Position numbers and translations under genes: made by a program | Assembly: GCA_051362555.1 (NCBI GenBank) | Contig: CM120643.1 | Span: 4,092,001 to 4,156,000, forward strand | Reading direction: 5' to 3' | DNA: 64,000 nucleotides | From: Lingula anatina | Taxonomy: Eukaryota > Animalia > Brachiopoda | Part shown: one piece after another, positions 51,975-64,000 of the stretch | Position numbering within the stretch: position 1 is the first letter of the stretch | How the letters are laid out: every line of letters starts with the position of its first letter | The notes under the pieces: model-generated | The model's database searches: none | What the model was told of the DNA's origin: nothing | The model's input: the letters and a program-made list of their open reading frames with translations, nothing else

Positions 51975-53197
51975 ACATGTAGTACATATTATACAAAAAA
52001 TACTCACCTTGATTTCTCTCCAACCAACCGAAGCCCATGGTACCAAACCCATCAGTATCTATGGTGTTCTCCTTGTGTGCCTCTGCAAATAATTAGATAA
52101 TAGTAAGAATATTCACAGTTACAAATATACACATAAAATGAAATCTCCATAAGTTTTAAAGAATGATATGAATATTGCTTGACAGAATAAATAAATAATT
52201 AATGTGCATGTACAATTTATTAGCTTTTTGTCAGTGGGCTGATTGATTTGCAGTGGGCTGTGATTGCGTTAGTTGTACAGCATATAGATTGTGTTCAGTT
52301 GTGCTTCACCACCAGAATGCTGTACCCAGTTGTGAAAAATGGCTAATACTTGAAATATGTCCTCTCTTGTTATGACTTGATGCAATGCCTAAGGCAGTAG
52401 AAGAGTTTTCTTTGGCCAATTTCTTCTGCTCTAACGTTTGTGCATCGATGCTTACAATTTGCACCATATTTACTTTTCTGACCAGCATTTTAGAGTAGAA
52501 AAAAATTTACATGGTCTTTTTATACTATATACACCCACTCTTTACCCTTACAGAATGTAAAATGTTGCTGGAGTACTCACAGAGTATAGCGGGAATACTC
52601 CAGCAACATAAAAATTTTACCGGAAAGTATACCTTCAGGCTAGCCGCTAGCAGCTTATCTGTGGCTATATACAATGCATGTGGCCGGAGGTAAGCCGCAG
52701 GGTAACCGGAAGCTAGCCGCTAGCGGCGACATTCCAGCAACATGCCCTGTATGTTGCCACAGGGAAGCTGTTAGCGGCTTATCTGCGGCTATATACAGTG
52801 CATGTTGCAGAAGATCTGTAACTTTGATATATAATTCTGTAGGCCATTTTTTTTTACCATTGGATTTAATTATCTTAATAAGAGCTCCAATATTTTTGCC
52901 ATAAATATTGCTTTTAGAGTTTTTTCATACATAATTCACATAAGGCACTATTAATCAAATATTGGAAGACAAGATCAACTCCATAAGATTAAATCTATTT
53001 TCATTTAGTTAGCACATTTCTAACCTTTTCTATGTTCTACAAAATGTATATATCTACATAAACATTCTAACTTGTTTACCTCTTCAAAGGCATTAATATC
53101 TCTTAGGAAAAGTGATGTATTCTGAGTGTTTTGTTGTGAATCTTCCTCCTCAAATTCCATAGGAACATGCATGGTTTCTTTTGCAGATGGAGCTAAG

Positions 53198-53352
53198 AGG
53201 CTGGTACCTTTATCATCTTCAGTGTTTCGCAAATTCAATGCTGGCTTAAAGGCTGGTACCTTTATCATCTTCAGTGTTTCGCAACTTCAATGCTGGCTTA
53301 GAGGCTGGTACCTTTATCATCTTCAGTGTTTCGCAACTTCAATGCTGGCTTA
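53198..53352 (+). repeat. 52-bp tandem triplication
   Basis: aggctggtacctttatcatcttc at 53198, 53250, 53302. Confidence 0.9.
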
Positions 53353-55745
53353 GCTTTCTTTATATATTTTTGGCATAATCCTTCCTAAAGCATTAAGCTG
53401 CTTCTCATCAGTTGGTGGCTGTTTACCCATAAAAGGAAATAGTTTGTGTGTTACAGACACTAAATTGACCTTCTAAAAATTAAATTACGTTTCTAAAACT
53501 TGTTTGATCTTATATTACATGTAGTTTAATAAGCAACTTGAAACTTAATGCCATCCACTTATGACTTAGGCTTTACTATGTTTCATATGTAAAAAATAGT
53601 AATTGAATTATTATAATTATTTATTTATTAGTAGTATAGCTGTAGAAAACATCATAGAGTCAAAATCGCTGTTTGAATTGTACTGCCGAAATAAACAAAA
53701 CAAATATATTAAATAAATAAATGAAGGCCTATAATGAAAAAAATATATATATGAAGTGTCATGCTGCACAAATTTCAAGGTTTTATAACTAAACTTACTC
53801 AATGTCCTTGAAGGGATCATCATCTTCAATATTTTCGGAATGAAAACCAAGGAATTCCTCCTCATCGCTGTCACTGAATAACAGCATTAGCATCAGGTTC
53901 CTCAGTTACCTCAAAGTATTTATTTACCATCTCGCCCGAAATGCAGGCACACGCACTTGAAACCTATTCCACAATTACTTCTTTAGTTGCTGTCTTGACT
54001 TGGTCTACATTTTCTCCTGCCTTCATAACTGCATTCAGATATTTTCATTTTTACTCCATTCAAAGGATATGGAGGATTTTTCTGTAGGTAGTAGTATATG
54101 CAGATCTTCTGATCTCATTTCCCATAGTTTGCCTATTGCTTTGGAGAGAGTATGAGGGTCAACATGTATATGGTTTATTTGATGCTTGTTTGAAAATCTT
54201 CCCTCTCTGTTTATGTGGCGGGCATTTCTATCTTTTCAAACAATGGATATTTCTGTACAATGTCTGTTTTTTTAATGCTTGCTTTTAGGGTTACTGTGAT
54301 GTTCAGCTTGTACTGTCTTTTGTTCTAGCTTTATGATTATGTTGACTTTCTCTTTACCTCCTTCAAAGCTGTTGTCAGACTAGAAACACTATTAACTGAC
54401 CAGGGTTTCTTCTCAGTCCAAAACAAGCTAAGAGATTATCCCAAGCACTTCTGCATGCCTACAATCAAGAAAATAAAAATGCTATATATATATTTTGTAT
54501 CAAAATGCTAAGTAAAATGAATAAATCTTATGTTGTAAGAGACATACTCACAAAGAGATTGTTTCACAGCCCCAAACCAGAGGCCAAGAGGAGTGTATCT
54601 TACACTGCATGAAAACTTGGCTTTTGTATTTCCTGAAAGTTGATTAAAAGGCCCTCTTTTAGCCATCTTTCTACACCTATCCTAGACTTTTTGAATTTTT
54701 AGGAAAGGTGTAAAAGATCATCTTTTGTATGGCTTTTATATGGAGAAGAAGATGTACAAGTGGCCCACTTTCCTTCTCTTTTTTTACACACAAATGGTGA
54801 ACTTTTTAGCATTGATTAACTGTTGATTTAACATTAAATAAAAGTTGAGACAAATAGCATTTTCAATGTCTTTATTTTGTCACTGCATAAAAGGAAAAAT
54901 GCTGGTAATTTAAGTAGTTAAAATATACATAGTTTACAACATAGCGATAATAAATAAAAAATGTAAGAACAATTTTTTTTTACAAAACAAAGCTGCTCAT
55001 CGAATCTGAACTAACACAAAAATTGTAATTAATTATGCATGTACATGGGGGGGGGGGGGGGGGGGAGATATTTTTGCACACCTTAACCTAAATAATACTA
55101 TACATTGTCATTTTTAAAGTAAATTATAATTCAAACATATCATTAATAATCATAATCGCTATAGTTCTGTAATAAATAAATCTTGAATAATGAATGAAAA
55201 AACATTGTTTTTTAGATGACGGAGAGTTCATTATAACAAAATTATAAATAATTAACCATGCAGTTACTGTTTCAATTCAACTTGCATGCTGTCTACATAC
55301 ATGCAAACTCTGAAAAAAGAATTATGTATGGTACCCCAGCATAAAACCCCATGTCTCATATCAAACCCCATGTCCCTTTCACTACTACAAATTCAAACAA
55401 GGACTATGGAAGTTAAAAGTCAAGCAACATATCTTGTCAAAACACTGTATACAGTACGTATGACAACAGAACCAAATTGTAGAGGGAGCGAGTTACTGGC
55501 TGCGCTCGGAGAAGATTCATACACCTTGATGCATGTGCAGTTAAGTTAGAGAGATAGAAATTGCTGTCGTGGTTGCTTTGATAAATCTTTGTTGATTTTT
55601 GTGCAACAAGACGTAGAAGATGAGGTTCATATACACACAACAGATATGAGTGTAATCTGATGAACTCCACAGTTCAGAGATATAACTGTAAGTATTGTAG
55701 CAATGTCCAGCACAAGGCCAAAATAATAGTTCAAGTTCCTAATTG

Positions 55746-56645
55746 TTACTTTCTTCCACCTCCATCTTTTCTTTCTGGTGCCTATTTTAGATAGTTAACG
55801 ATGCTGTCGGTGACTTCCTTCTCTGTACAGCTATATCTTGACATCATGACATCTGGAAAAAAAAGTGAAGTAGAAATGTAAGCATTTATGTATCGAATGT
55901 ACGCTGGCAGGCGTGCCTATCATAGCTCATTGAGGGATTCTAAGAATGAGGTTAAGATTGGGTGTTAAATTCCAACTAGGGTGCAAAATGTAAGAACTAT
56001 TTTTTTAGGCTTAGCTGCCCAAACTGGAGCTGATAGATAGCTGATAAGTTTATTACAAAAAATCAAATCAGGCACAAATTACAGCAGTAAATGTAAAACA
56101 CAATGCAACATTAATTTAATTACCTTTGATCACCTTAAAGAAGTTGCTGTGCCCTAACGGAAATTTATTTTTCTTCCCTGATAAATTCATCCCAGCCATA
56201 ACTCTGTTGGTCATACACCTACAAATAATATTTATAAAATAAAGGATATATTGAATAAAATCAGAAACGTCTTGGTTTGAGCAAGAAAAGTCCAAAAAAT
56301 TGGAATAATAACCTGCACTTATTTTTAAAATTCTGATAAAAAGGTTTATACTGCCAAACAAACCAGTATAACGTAGCTATACACATGTAGGTTTGACTTT
56401 GTAATGTAATTAATTTACTAACATGGACAGAAATGTGTCAAGTGTAAAAGTATTAGTTATCATTCCATAAAGGTTTGATCATAACTTATACCCGAGTTCT
56501 AGGTTTCAGATAATGAAATGTATTTTACACATTAAACACAGGAAAAAATTAAGTAAATGCATATATATTAGTATTTGTCCTACCTTTGCATGGCCTTTTT
56601 AGTGTGATCACACATGTTGATACCTCCTAGCAACTGTGGCTTTCT
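55746..56645 (-). pseudogene. Three-exon DUF4806-like (BEN-related) C-terminal gene relic
   Basis: Spliced LLGGINMCDHTKKAMQR|CMTNRVMAGMNLSGKKNKFPLGHSNFFKVIK|DVMMSRYSCTEKEVTDSIVNYLK*APERKDGGGRK* (exons 56584-~56645, 56124-56218, 55746-55852). Confidence 0.65.
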
Positions 56646-56779
56646 ATCAAATGGAAAAAATAAATGTCATTATTATAAAAATAATAACTAGTTTTTGTAA
56701 TTATATTATTGAAACTGTGTGGCAAAACTTGCAAATATACAGGCATCAAACAGCAAAACATGTTTTCTTTTTGGTAATT

Positions 56780-57334
56780 ATATATTTCCAAGTCGGTCGT
56801 TTCATATTTTCATCTCTGTCAGTCGATGGATGCAGTTCATTTGCCTTGGCATCAAGTAAGAGCTGGAGGTTGTCTCTGTCTCAAGTAAAGATGTACTTGC
56901 TGAGGGTGGATATGAAGACACTGTATAGAGGGTGGGAATCAGTGGTGCAGCCAGTAGATAGTCATCTCATAAAATGCCAGATGTGCAGCCTGATGACCGT
57001 ATCTTCCCAACTGTAAAAAATCTTCTTCAGGTTTGTTTTACTACAACAGTCCCTATCCATATATACCAAAGTTGGAGGGGGTTCTCCTGCATCCCTCTAC
57101 CTAGTAACCAGCCCCTGTGCCATTTTGGTCAAGCCGTGGCCCTCACCTGCAGTCATTACAGAGTTCAGGACTTGACTGTGCTCATTTCCAACATTTGTGC
57201 ACCACATTGCGGTCTTGGTTACCGCACCAGCTAATTTCTTGATAACCTTTTTAGTTGAATCAAGCTTTAAAATATTTCCAAACTGACTTGTCAGCACTGC
57301 TTTCAATCCGGGAAGTCTGTCCATGACATCAATG

Positions 57335-57423
<89 letters not shown>

Positions 57424-57728
57424 TGCATCAGCCATCTTGGTTGGGGAACATGCTCTCTGGGCAGAGGCTGAACAAACACTGGAGGGGCAATGAGAAGCTT
57501 TGTAGAAGGCATCGCAGTCTGAACCATACTGGACAACCTTCCTGAGCCAGGCGTCTGTGTGTTGTACACGAAGCTTCTTTTGTATTTGTGAGCTGTTTCT
57601 TAGGCCCCTCTCTCGTAGGAGACTGATCACTTTAACATCGTGGGCCAACTTCGCTATTAGAACAGCTGGGAAGTAAAGTGGGTGGCCAACATCCAGCTGT
57701 TGGATTATGTCCCTGCTCCAACTCACCA
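56780..57728 (-). mobile_element. DDE transposase fragment of DUF6729/Dada-like type
   Basis: [69 protein letters not shown]; superfamily label from recollection of motifs. Confidence 0.6.
57339..57420. repeat. (AT)41 microsatellite inside the transposase relic
   Basis: Pure AT dinucleotide run. Confidence 0.98.
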
Positions 57729-58541
57729 GTTTCCAAACCAGAGTCCAAGAGGAGTGTATCTAAAAGACCCCCCCCCCCCGCAACAAAGGAAATTCCAATT
57801 TGATAAGTCTTTGCACTGCTAAAATATGTCTGTCATTCAGCCATCCATTTCCTTAAAGTGTATTTATGTCTCCTTTGGTTAGCCTGACACCTCTAATAGT
57901 GAGATTTTCATCTTCATTTTGTGTCCTATACTCCCCCATTAATGAACTCTCAGCGCCCTTTTCCTGTTTAGCGTATCTTCAGCCATTGTCCATAGAGTAA
58001 AAAGGTCATCCCCATCTCCCTCCATCAGCACCAGCTTTGTCAGTCACTTCTATTTTCCCCTCACTTCCCCGACCAGCAGGTTTGTAAGAGACAAAAATTG
58101 ACATTTGACTTGCCAGCACCAGCAGGGTTTAGAGCATGTGATGGGACACCCCCAACAGAGCAACCCACAGCTGATGTAACCAGCCTAGAATCGCCAATTG
58201 GATCACGTTCGACAGCTCTAGGCCATCGTTATTTGTCACTATACCAGAAACTCTACACTAATTTTTATTACAAGCCCGCAAATTTCTATCAGCTACAGTA
58301 TGTTCATGGTGGTCTCCATTTTCCTGGTCAATCTATGTTGTTTGGGAAAGTACCGGTAAACTGCTTTCTGAATAAATTCTACCCTAGCTTTGTCCATAGG
58401 GCCCTGCTTGTTGGCCCCTCTGCTGGAGCCTTCAATGTTCTTGGTAAGGTCAGTCCTTTCCTCTCTGCTGAACAGCTGCCCTGTGAGCTTTACGCAAAAA
58501 TTGGTCGCCCCTGTGGAGTTTTGTTTTGCTAAATTAGACAA
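57729..58541 (-). pseudogene. BEN domain followed by the N-terminal part of a Ulp1-like protease (degenerate)
   Basis: NFCVKLTGQLFSREER..GPMDKARVEFIQKAVYRYFP../TVADRNLR, then GVRLTKGDINTL*GNGWLNDRHILAVQRLIKLEFP, paralogous to 51580-51760. Confidence 0.7.
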
Positions 58542-59137
58542 GGGGATTCAAAAATAATGGAGGATAATACACCTATAACTGGTGATGGGTATTTCAATGT
58601 TTTCAGTTGTGGTATACCAGGGCTCTACATAAAACTTTTTCAGCCACTTGCCCTTTGGCAAGTGACTGGCAAAATCTACTTGCCCGAATTTTACCATGCA
58701 AAAAATGAACAGATAGTTTATATCTTTCTTCATTTCAATTTTATTCTGATGTTTGGGATTTTTATTCTGTGAAATATCTGAAATAGTATAGTATTATTAC
58801 TGTCGTGTGGAATTCATATTGATATCAAAGTTACTGCTAATAGTGCTATAAATGAATGTAATTTAGGGCGTGGCTGTCATCTATATTCAGTCAAATGGAG
58901 TATTTTGTTCCTATGTTAAGTTCCTATTTGCTGTCATTTGTAAAGTAGCAGACATGGGATATTTAGTAACATATATTGTAGGCATTATTTTGTATCAGTT
59001 TGACATAATGTGGTGTGTAGACTTGAAAGGTCAATTCAGTTGAGTCATAGATTTAGTGTCATTTGTCATTTATTTTCTTTCATTTAAATTTATTTAATGT
59101 CTATATATTTATACATATATAAGTGCTCATTATTTAA

Positions 59138-60732
59138 GGGATCTTGGATATTAACGAAAAACTCCAAAACTAATGCAGCTAATGAAATTTCCTATTAACT
59201 TAAAGATAAGGTCTAGCAAGCCAAACAATTTTTCAAAGTTTGTAGTCACAGTGTAACACGAGTGACGTAATATCAGCGTTTTGAGGCTAAAATTGTCTTT
59301 TTTTTAATCAAGAATTTCTCTTAAACAAAAAGCCCTATTAATACGATTGAAATAGCTATCTAAAAGTTAGCACAAACTCCAGTGATCTCTGTCAGGATTT
59401 TCTCTTTTTATTTTTGCTTTTGATTTTATTTTGATAAAACGTGAATTTTACGAAATATATATGGACCTTCCAATTTCAGTATTAATAACTTCAAAAATAA
59501 AAGGTCAATCCAAAAACCAAGACTCAGTCGACTAGATATTATACTGAAACAGAGACACATCAAATTTCATGTCAATCTGACAGTTACAGAATGAGATATG
59601 GGTATTGAAGTTTAGACTATGTTATCAATCTTCAAAGCTGAGAAATCGCTCCTAAACCATTTTGCTCAGGTAATTGGGCTATTTAAGCAAAATAATTGCA
59701 CCTCCACCTTACCTGTTATCATCTTGTTGGTCGGGAAGGTCTATACACCATTACGTGTTAAAATTGGGTTGTTTGTTTCTATCTAGATGCCAGAAAATCT
59801 TACTTTTGTACGCAAACTTATTCGTACCACGAAAGCCGCTCTTCCCTGAGAAATGATTGACAGCTGAGTAGGTCTACCTTCTCTCGTTTCACTGACGTAA
59901 TTAATCATAATTGTGCCTGACGCAGTAGGAGTCTGTGCACTGTCTAGGAAGTGTCTAAGGAAGCGCTTACAAACAAAAAGAGGATTACTTGGTGTGCCAG
60001 CAGAGGAAATTTGCCACCCGTCGTGCGTGGACGCCGCTCTACACACCAAGACACGAAAATTGAGAAAGCAAAGCAAGATTTACTCCGAGAAATGGCCGAA
60101 TGTGGGTACGCATATGCCATGATGCCACAGAGTGCCAAGACCGTAATATGCGAATTTGAAAATGTTTTGGGTGGCAATATTACTTAAAAACTTGCTTGCT
60201 ATTACAATCTTTATTGTGCATAAAATGATTGCCTAACGATTTTTTTCTGACAACCCCAGACGTTGTACGAATACTCAGCAGTTCAAGTGTGATCTCGAGT
60301 CTTTACCTAGACGTGATTTAGACTCTATAGTAGAAAATTTAATATATCGTACACTCTCTTTCAAAATTCTCTTGTTTTCCTCGCTCATCCGTTTTCTCAC
60401 GACTTTCTTTCTTCCCATGACTGTTTATATAACTGTGTTCTGCTTAGCTGACGTAAGACTTATGAGCTGCCAGGGCACGCGTAACAGCTTAAGAAGTTAG
60501 ACAACCATTCTTGCCCCGCCCCCCATAGTAACGGTGCTTGACAACGGAGGCGGAGCCTAAAGCCTGCCACCCGTACCAGTCAGGACAGGTAGAAAAACTC
60601 GTCCAAATGTATATTTTTAGTCCGTGTTTCACAAATATAACTTAATTGAGTATTAGATACAAAATTGATTATTTCTAACGTATAAAAAACTAAAAATCGA
60701 GTTTTAGACGTATTTTTAATATCCTAGACCCC
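59138..60732. mobile_element. Non-autonomous Kolobok-type DNA transposon nested in the hAT element
   Basis: TTAA on both flanks (59134-37, 60733-36); termini gggatcttggatattaa / ttaatatcctagacccc (5'-RR start, unlike the CC of piggyBac); the empty site is visible in the neighbouring repeat copies. Confidence 0.85.
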
Positions 60733-62594
60733 TTAACAGTTGTATAAGCATATGTTTTGTACATTTTTGCAGATTTGAAGCAATATCTCAGACATATCCA
60801 AGCCTATCTCCACTATCTCTGACATTACAAATATCTCTTGAGTACAAATATTGTCATTCTTTCTTGTTCCAATAACTCCGAAGTCTAATTTCCCAGCTTC
60901 TAGAAGAGTCGCAATTATCACTAACGCGACGGCGTCTCTGACCTCCATGCAGCCACCTGTCATACGTCCTGGCTGAAGGTTATCTATCATGCTGATGGCC
61001 AAACTCGGCCGCCAATCTGTTTTCACTCTCTTCACTGCACTGAACGTTCACAGACTGCTGAAGACATGGCAGTCACTAAAAAAATTCCACTACCATACTG
61101 ATGTCACTGAATCTTCTCTGTAATTCTTTATCTGTAAACAACATGGCCCATGTATCCTGAATGTGTGCAGCATCATGTCTTCCCCTCACATTTACTCTGT
61201 TCATTACCAAAGCTGTAAGTGCTGGCCACTCCCTGAAAACTTGGTTCTGGTCATACCCAAGTCTCTGCAGCAACTCATTAAAATAAGCCATTATAATTTG
61301 GAGATCAGCATTCCCGTGTACAGCCAATTGTCTATATATTTATACATATATAAGTGCTCATTATTTAACAGTTGTATAAGCATATGTTTTGTACATTTTT
61401 GCAGATTTGAAGCAATATCTCAGACATATCCAAGCCTATCTCCACTATCTCTGACATTACAAATATCTCTTGAGTACAAATATTGTCATTCTTTCTTGTT
61501 CCAATAACTCCGAAGTCTAATTTCCCAGCTTCTAGAAGAGTCGCAATTATCACTAACGCGACGGCGTCTCTGACCTCCATGCAGCCACCTGTCATACGTC
61601 CTGGCTGAAGGTTATCTATCATGCTGATGGCCAAACTCGGCCGCCAATCTGTTTTCACTCTCTTCACTGCACTGAACGTTCACAGACTGCTGAAGACATG
61701 GCAGTCACTAAAAAAATTCCACTACCATACTGATGTCACTGAATCTTCTCTGTAATTCTTTATCTGTAAACAACATGGCCCATGTATCCTGAATGTGTGC
61801 AGCATCATGTCTTCCCCTCACATTTACTCTGTTCATTACCAAAGCTGTAAGTGCTGGCCACTCCCTGAAAACTTGGTTCTGGTCATACCCAAGTCTCTGC
61901 AGCAACTCATTAAAATAAGCCATTATAATTTGGAGATCAGCATTCCCGTGTACAGCCAATTGTCTATATATTTATACATATATAAGTGCTCATTATTTAA
62001 CAGTTGTATAAGCATATGTTTTGTACATTTTTGCAGATTTGAAGCAATATCTCAGACATATCCAAGCCTATCTCCACTATCTCTGACATTACAAATATCT
62101 CTTGAGTACAAATATTGTCATTCTTTCTTGTTCCAATAACTCCGAAGTCTAATTTCCCAGCTTCTAGAAGAGTCGCAATTATCACTAACGCGACGGCGTC
62201 TCTGACCTCCATGCAGCCACCTGTCATACGTCCTGGCTGAAGGTTATCTATCATGCTGATGGCCAAACTCGGCCGCCAATCTGTTTTCACTCTCTTCACT
62301 GCACTGAACGTTCACAGACTGCTGAAGACATGGCAGTCACTAAAAAAATTCCACTACCATACTGATGTCACTGAATCTTCTCTGTAATTCTTTATCTGTA
62401 AACAACATGGCCCATGTATCCTGAATGTGTGCAGCATCATGTCTTCCCCTCACATTTACTCTGTTCATTACCAAAGCTGTAAGTGCTGGCCACTCCCTGA
62501 AAACTTGGTTCTGGTCATACCCAAGTCTCTGCAGCAACTCATTAAAATAAGCCATTATAATTTGGAGATCAGCATTCCCGTGTACAGCCAATTG
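60733..62594 (-). repeat. 632-bp tandem triplication of the hAT transposase 3' end
   Basis: Identical ORF translations at 60733/61365/61997 and 61076/61708/62340. Confidence 0.97.
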
Positions 62595-62929
62595 AGCTAT
62601 TTATGGAGATTTCACGATTTTATGAAATTAAATATCCGTTCTTTTACTTTATTTTGACACTTGCCCGATCGGGCAAGCATTCAGGTGAGTGGACTTGCCC
62701 GACATCAATGCCTACTTGCTCCAGGCAATCAGGAAATTCTTATTGTTGAGCCCTGGACAATTACATAAATAAGCATTCTTGGGCAGGGTAATGTAGTACA
62801 GGATGCTTGTTAAAATGAAAACACTAACATGCTGTGATGTTTCCAGTACTACAGCTAAATGAAGTTAATTATGTGCTCGGTGAGGCATGGCAAGAAACAC
62901 ATGCTGATGGTCACATTTAATACCACGAT

Positions 62930-63790
62930 CCGTTAACATGTGATAGCTGATACAAGAAGGCGCACATCTTGGTGGTGAGAGCTTTATCATAAAGTAAAGT
63001 GTTTTACTCTATTCTAACACAGGTGATGTTTTACAGTAGGTTTATTCACAAAAACGTCGTAGTCAAAGGTCATAAATAGCTTCACCTTCCTCGCCACCAT
63101 ATAAAGACACTAGTGCCTTTTCACGGCCTCAATTATCCTTTCTTGACATGAATTGTCACTGGCAAATGTGATTGCCTGCTGTTTCAAAAAAGGACTTCTC
63201 ATGCCCATTAGAGATACCCGTTTTCCTATCCCATAGGGAAATGATGTTATGTCACATCCTAAGATGGAATGGATGAAGAGAATATTGTTGCATACATCAC
63301 TTCCTAACTTGGCCCTTGTTGTCCTAATGTTCCAGCATTTTGATGGCCTTTTGGCATTGCTCTTTTGTTGGGGTTTTAAAAAAATTGGTTAACTTTGTCC
63401 TTGGCATGATACAGTAGGAGCACCAGAAGTTCAGTGTCATCACCCGCAAGGATAGTATTATATCACATTTGTCTGAAGAGGCAACTGCAGCTTTGGCAAT
63501 ATGGAGGTCTGCATCGCCTGGAGCTTGGATTACTTGAACTCCAACACTTTCCAACTTGTCACCAAGGAAATTAATGAACCTCTGTTTGTTTTCTTTGTTG
63601 GCAAGAAATTCTTCCTTTCTACTTTGCAGCTTCATCTCACCAGTGAACATGACAGCTGTGCTCATAATACTGTTGGAATGTCTCAGGTGTGTAGAATCCT
63701 TAGTAGAGGGGGCATAAAGATAACCGTCAAACACCACTACAGTTTTATTACTAGGACATATGTGACATACTGGTGTGCAAATAACCATAT
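62930..63790 (-). mobile_element. Academ-type transposon relic (XPG/FEN1-like nuclease domain)
   Basis: VVVFDGY..PSTKD..FLANKENKQRFI..QAPGDADLHI../GDDTELLVLL..LFIHSILGCDITS.PYGIGK; frameshifted. Confidence 0.75.
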
Positions 63791-64000
63791 TTCAGCTGAT
63801 TGAAAATCAACTGCAGCTGGTTTGTCTTTGTGGCTTTGATAAACAATGGCTACCAGATAATTACGAGGCCTGTATGCTGGGGACTTATGAGAATTCCTTT
63901 TAGAACAGTGCATTAAGATATGAGATGAGAGTTGATACATTGTTTCTTATGTGTCTGAAAGAAAAAATAAGTTTTTGAAGTCATCCATTGTCCCCCCCCC

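Larger units (their letters stand above)
58618..62755 (-). mobile_element. Deleted hAT element (ZNF862-like transposase C-terminus) with TIRs and cttgccc subterminal repeats
   Basis: TIRs cagggctctacataa / ttattgttgagccctg; REWPAL..RFSDISMVVEFF/VTAMSSAVCERS/VKRVKTDWRPSL dimerisation domain; no matching 8-bp TSD seen. Confidence 0.8.

Noticed and set aside
52545-52845. Possible small MITE with internal gctagccgctagc repeats
   Set aside because: Terminal inverted match is short and imperfect and no TSD could be established
53020-53352. Coding 17-aa repeat (KPALNLRNTEDDKGTSL)
   Set aside because: Period is 52 bp, so each copy shifts frame
57097-57726. 209-aa ORF with poly-IY tract as a real protein
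   Set aside because: The tract is an (AT)n microsatellite, and the transposase frame shifts around it
1-64000. tRNA, rRNA or snRNA genes (including Dada target genes)
   Set aside because: None recognised by eye; tRNAscan-SE/Infernal would be needed to exclude them

Overview
AT-rich eukaryotic (marine invertebrate-like, probably lophotrochozoan) genomic DNA with no clearly intact conserved gene. It is mostly decayed repeats: LINE relics (L1/Tx1, Rex/Babar, RTE, RTEX), a dead full-length Tc1 (DD34E), Gypsy and Ginger-type integrase relics, P/THAP9, hAT, Academ, Dada-like, Kolobok and Harbinger pieces, and several MITE families with readable TSDs. Three host-like or organisational structures stand out. 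(1) A minus-strand micro-exon array (7.9-12.05 kb) built from phase-1/phase-1 exons of 36-66 nt. (2) A plus-strand, intron-containing, heavily deleted LRP2/megalin pseudogene (13.1-29.0 kb), in which a decayed LDLa-like exon has been co-amplified with a ~194-bp intronic satellite into an ~8-kb higher-order array. (3) A ~20-kb mosaic (44-64 kb) of unrelated transposon coding fragments that all lie on the minus strand, suggestive of a piRNA-cluster-like locus. Family assignments come from manual translation and motif recognition only, with no database search. Coordinates of degenerate relics are approximate.
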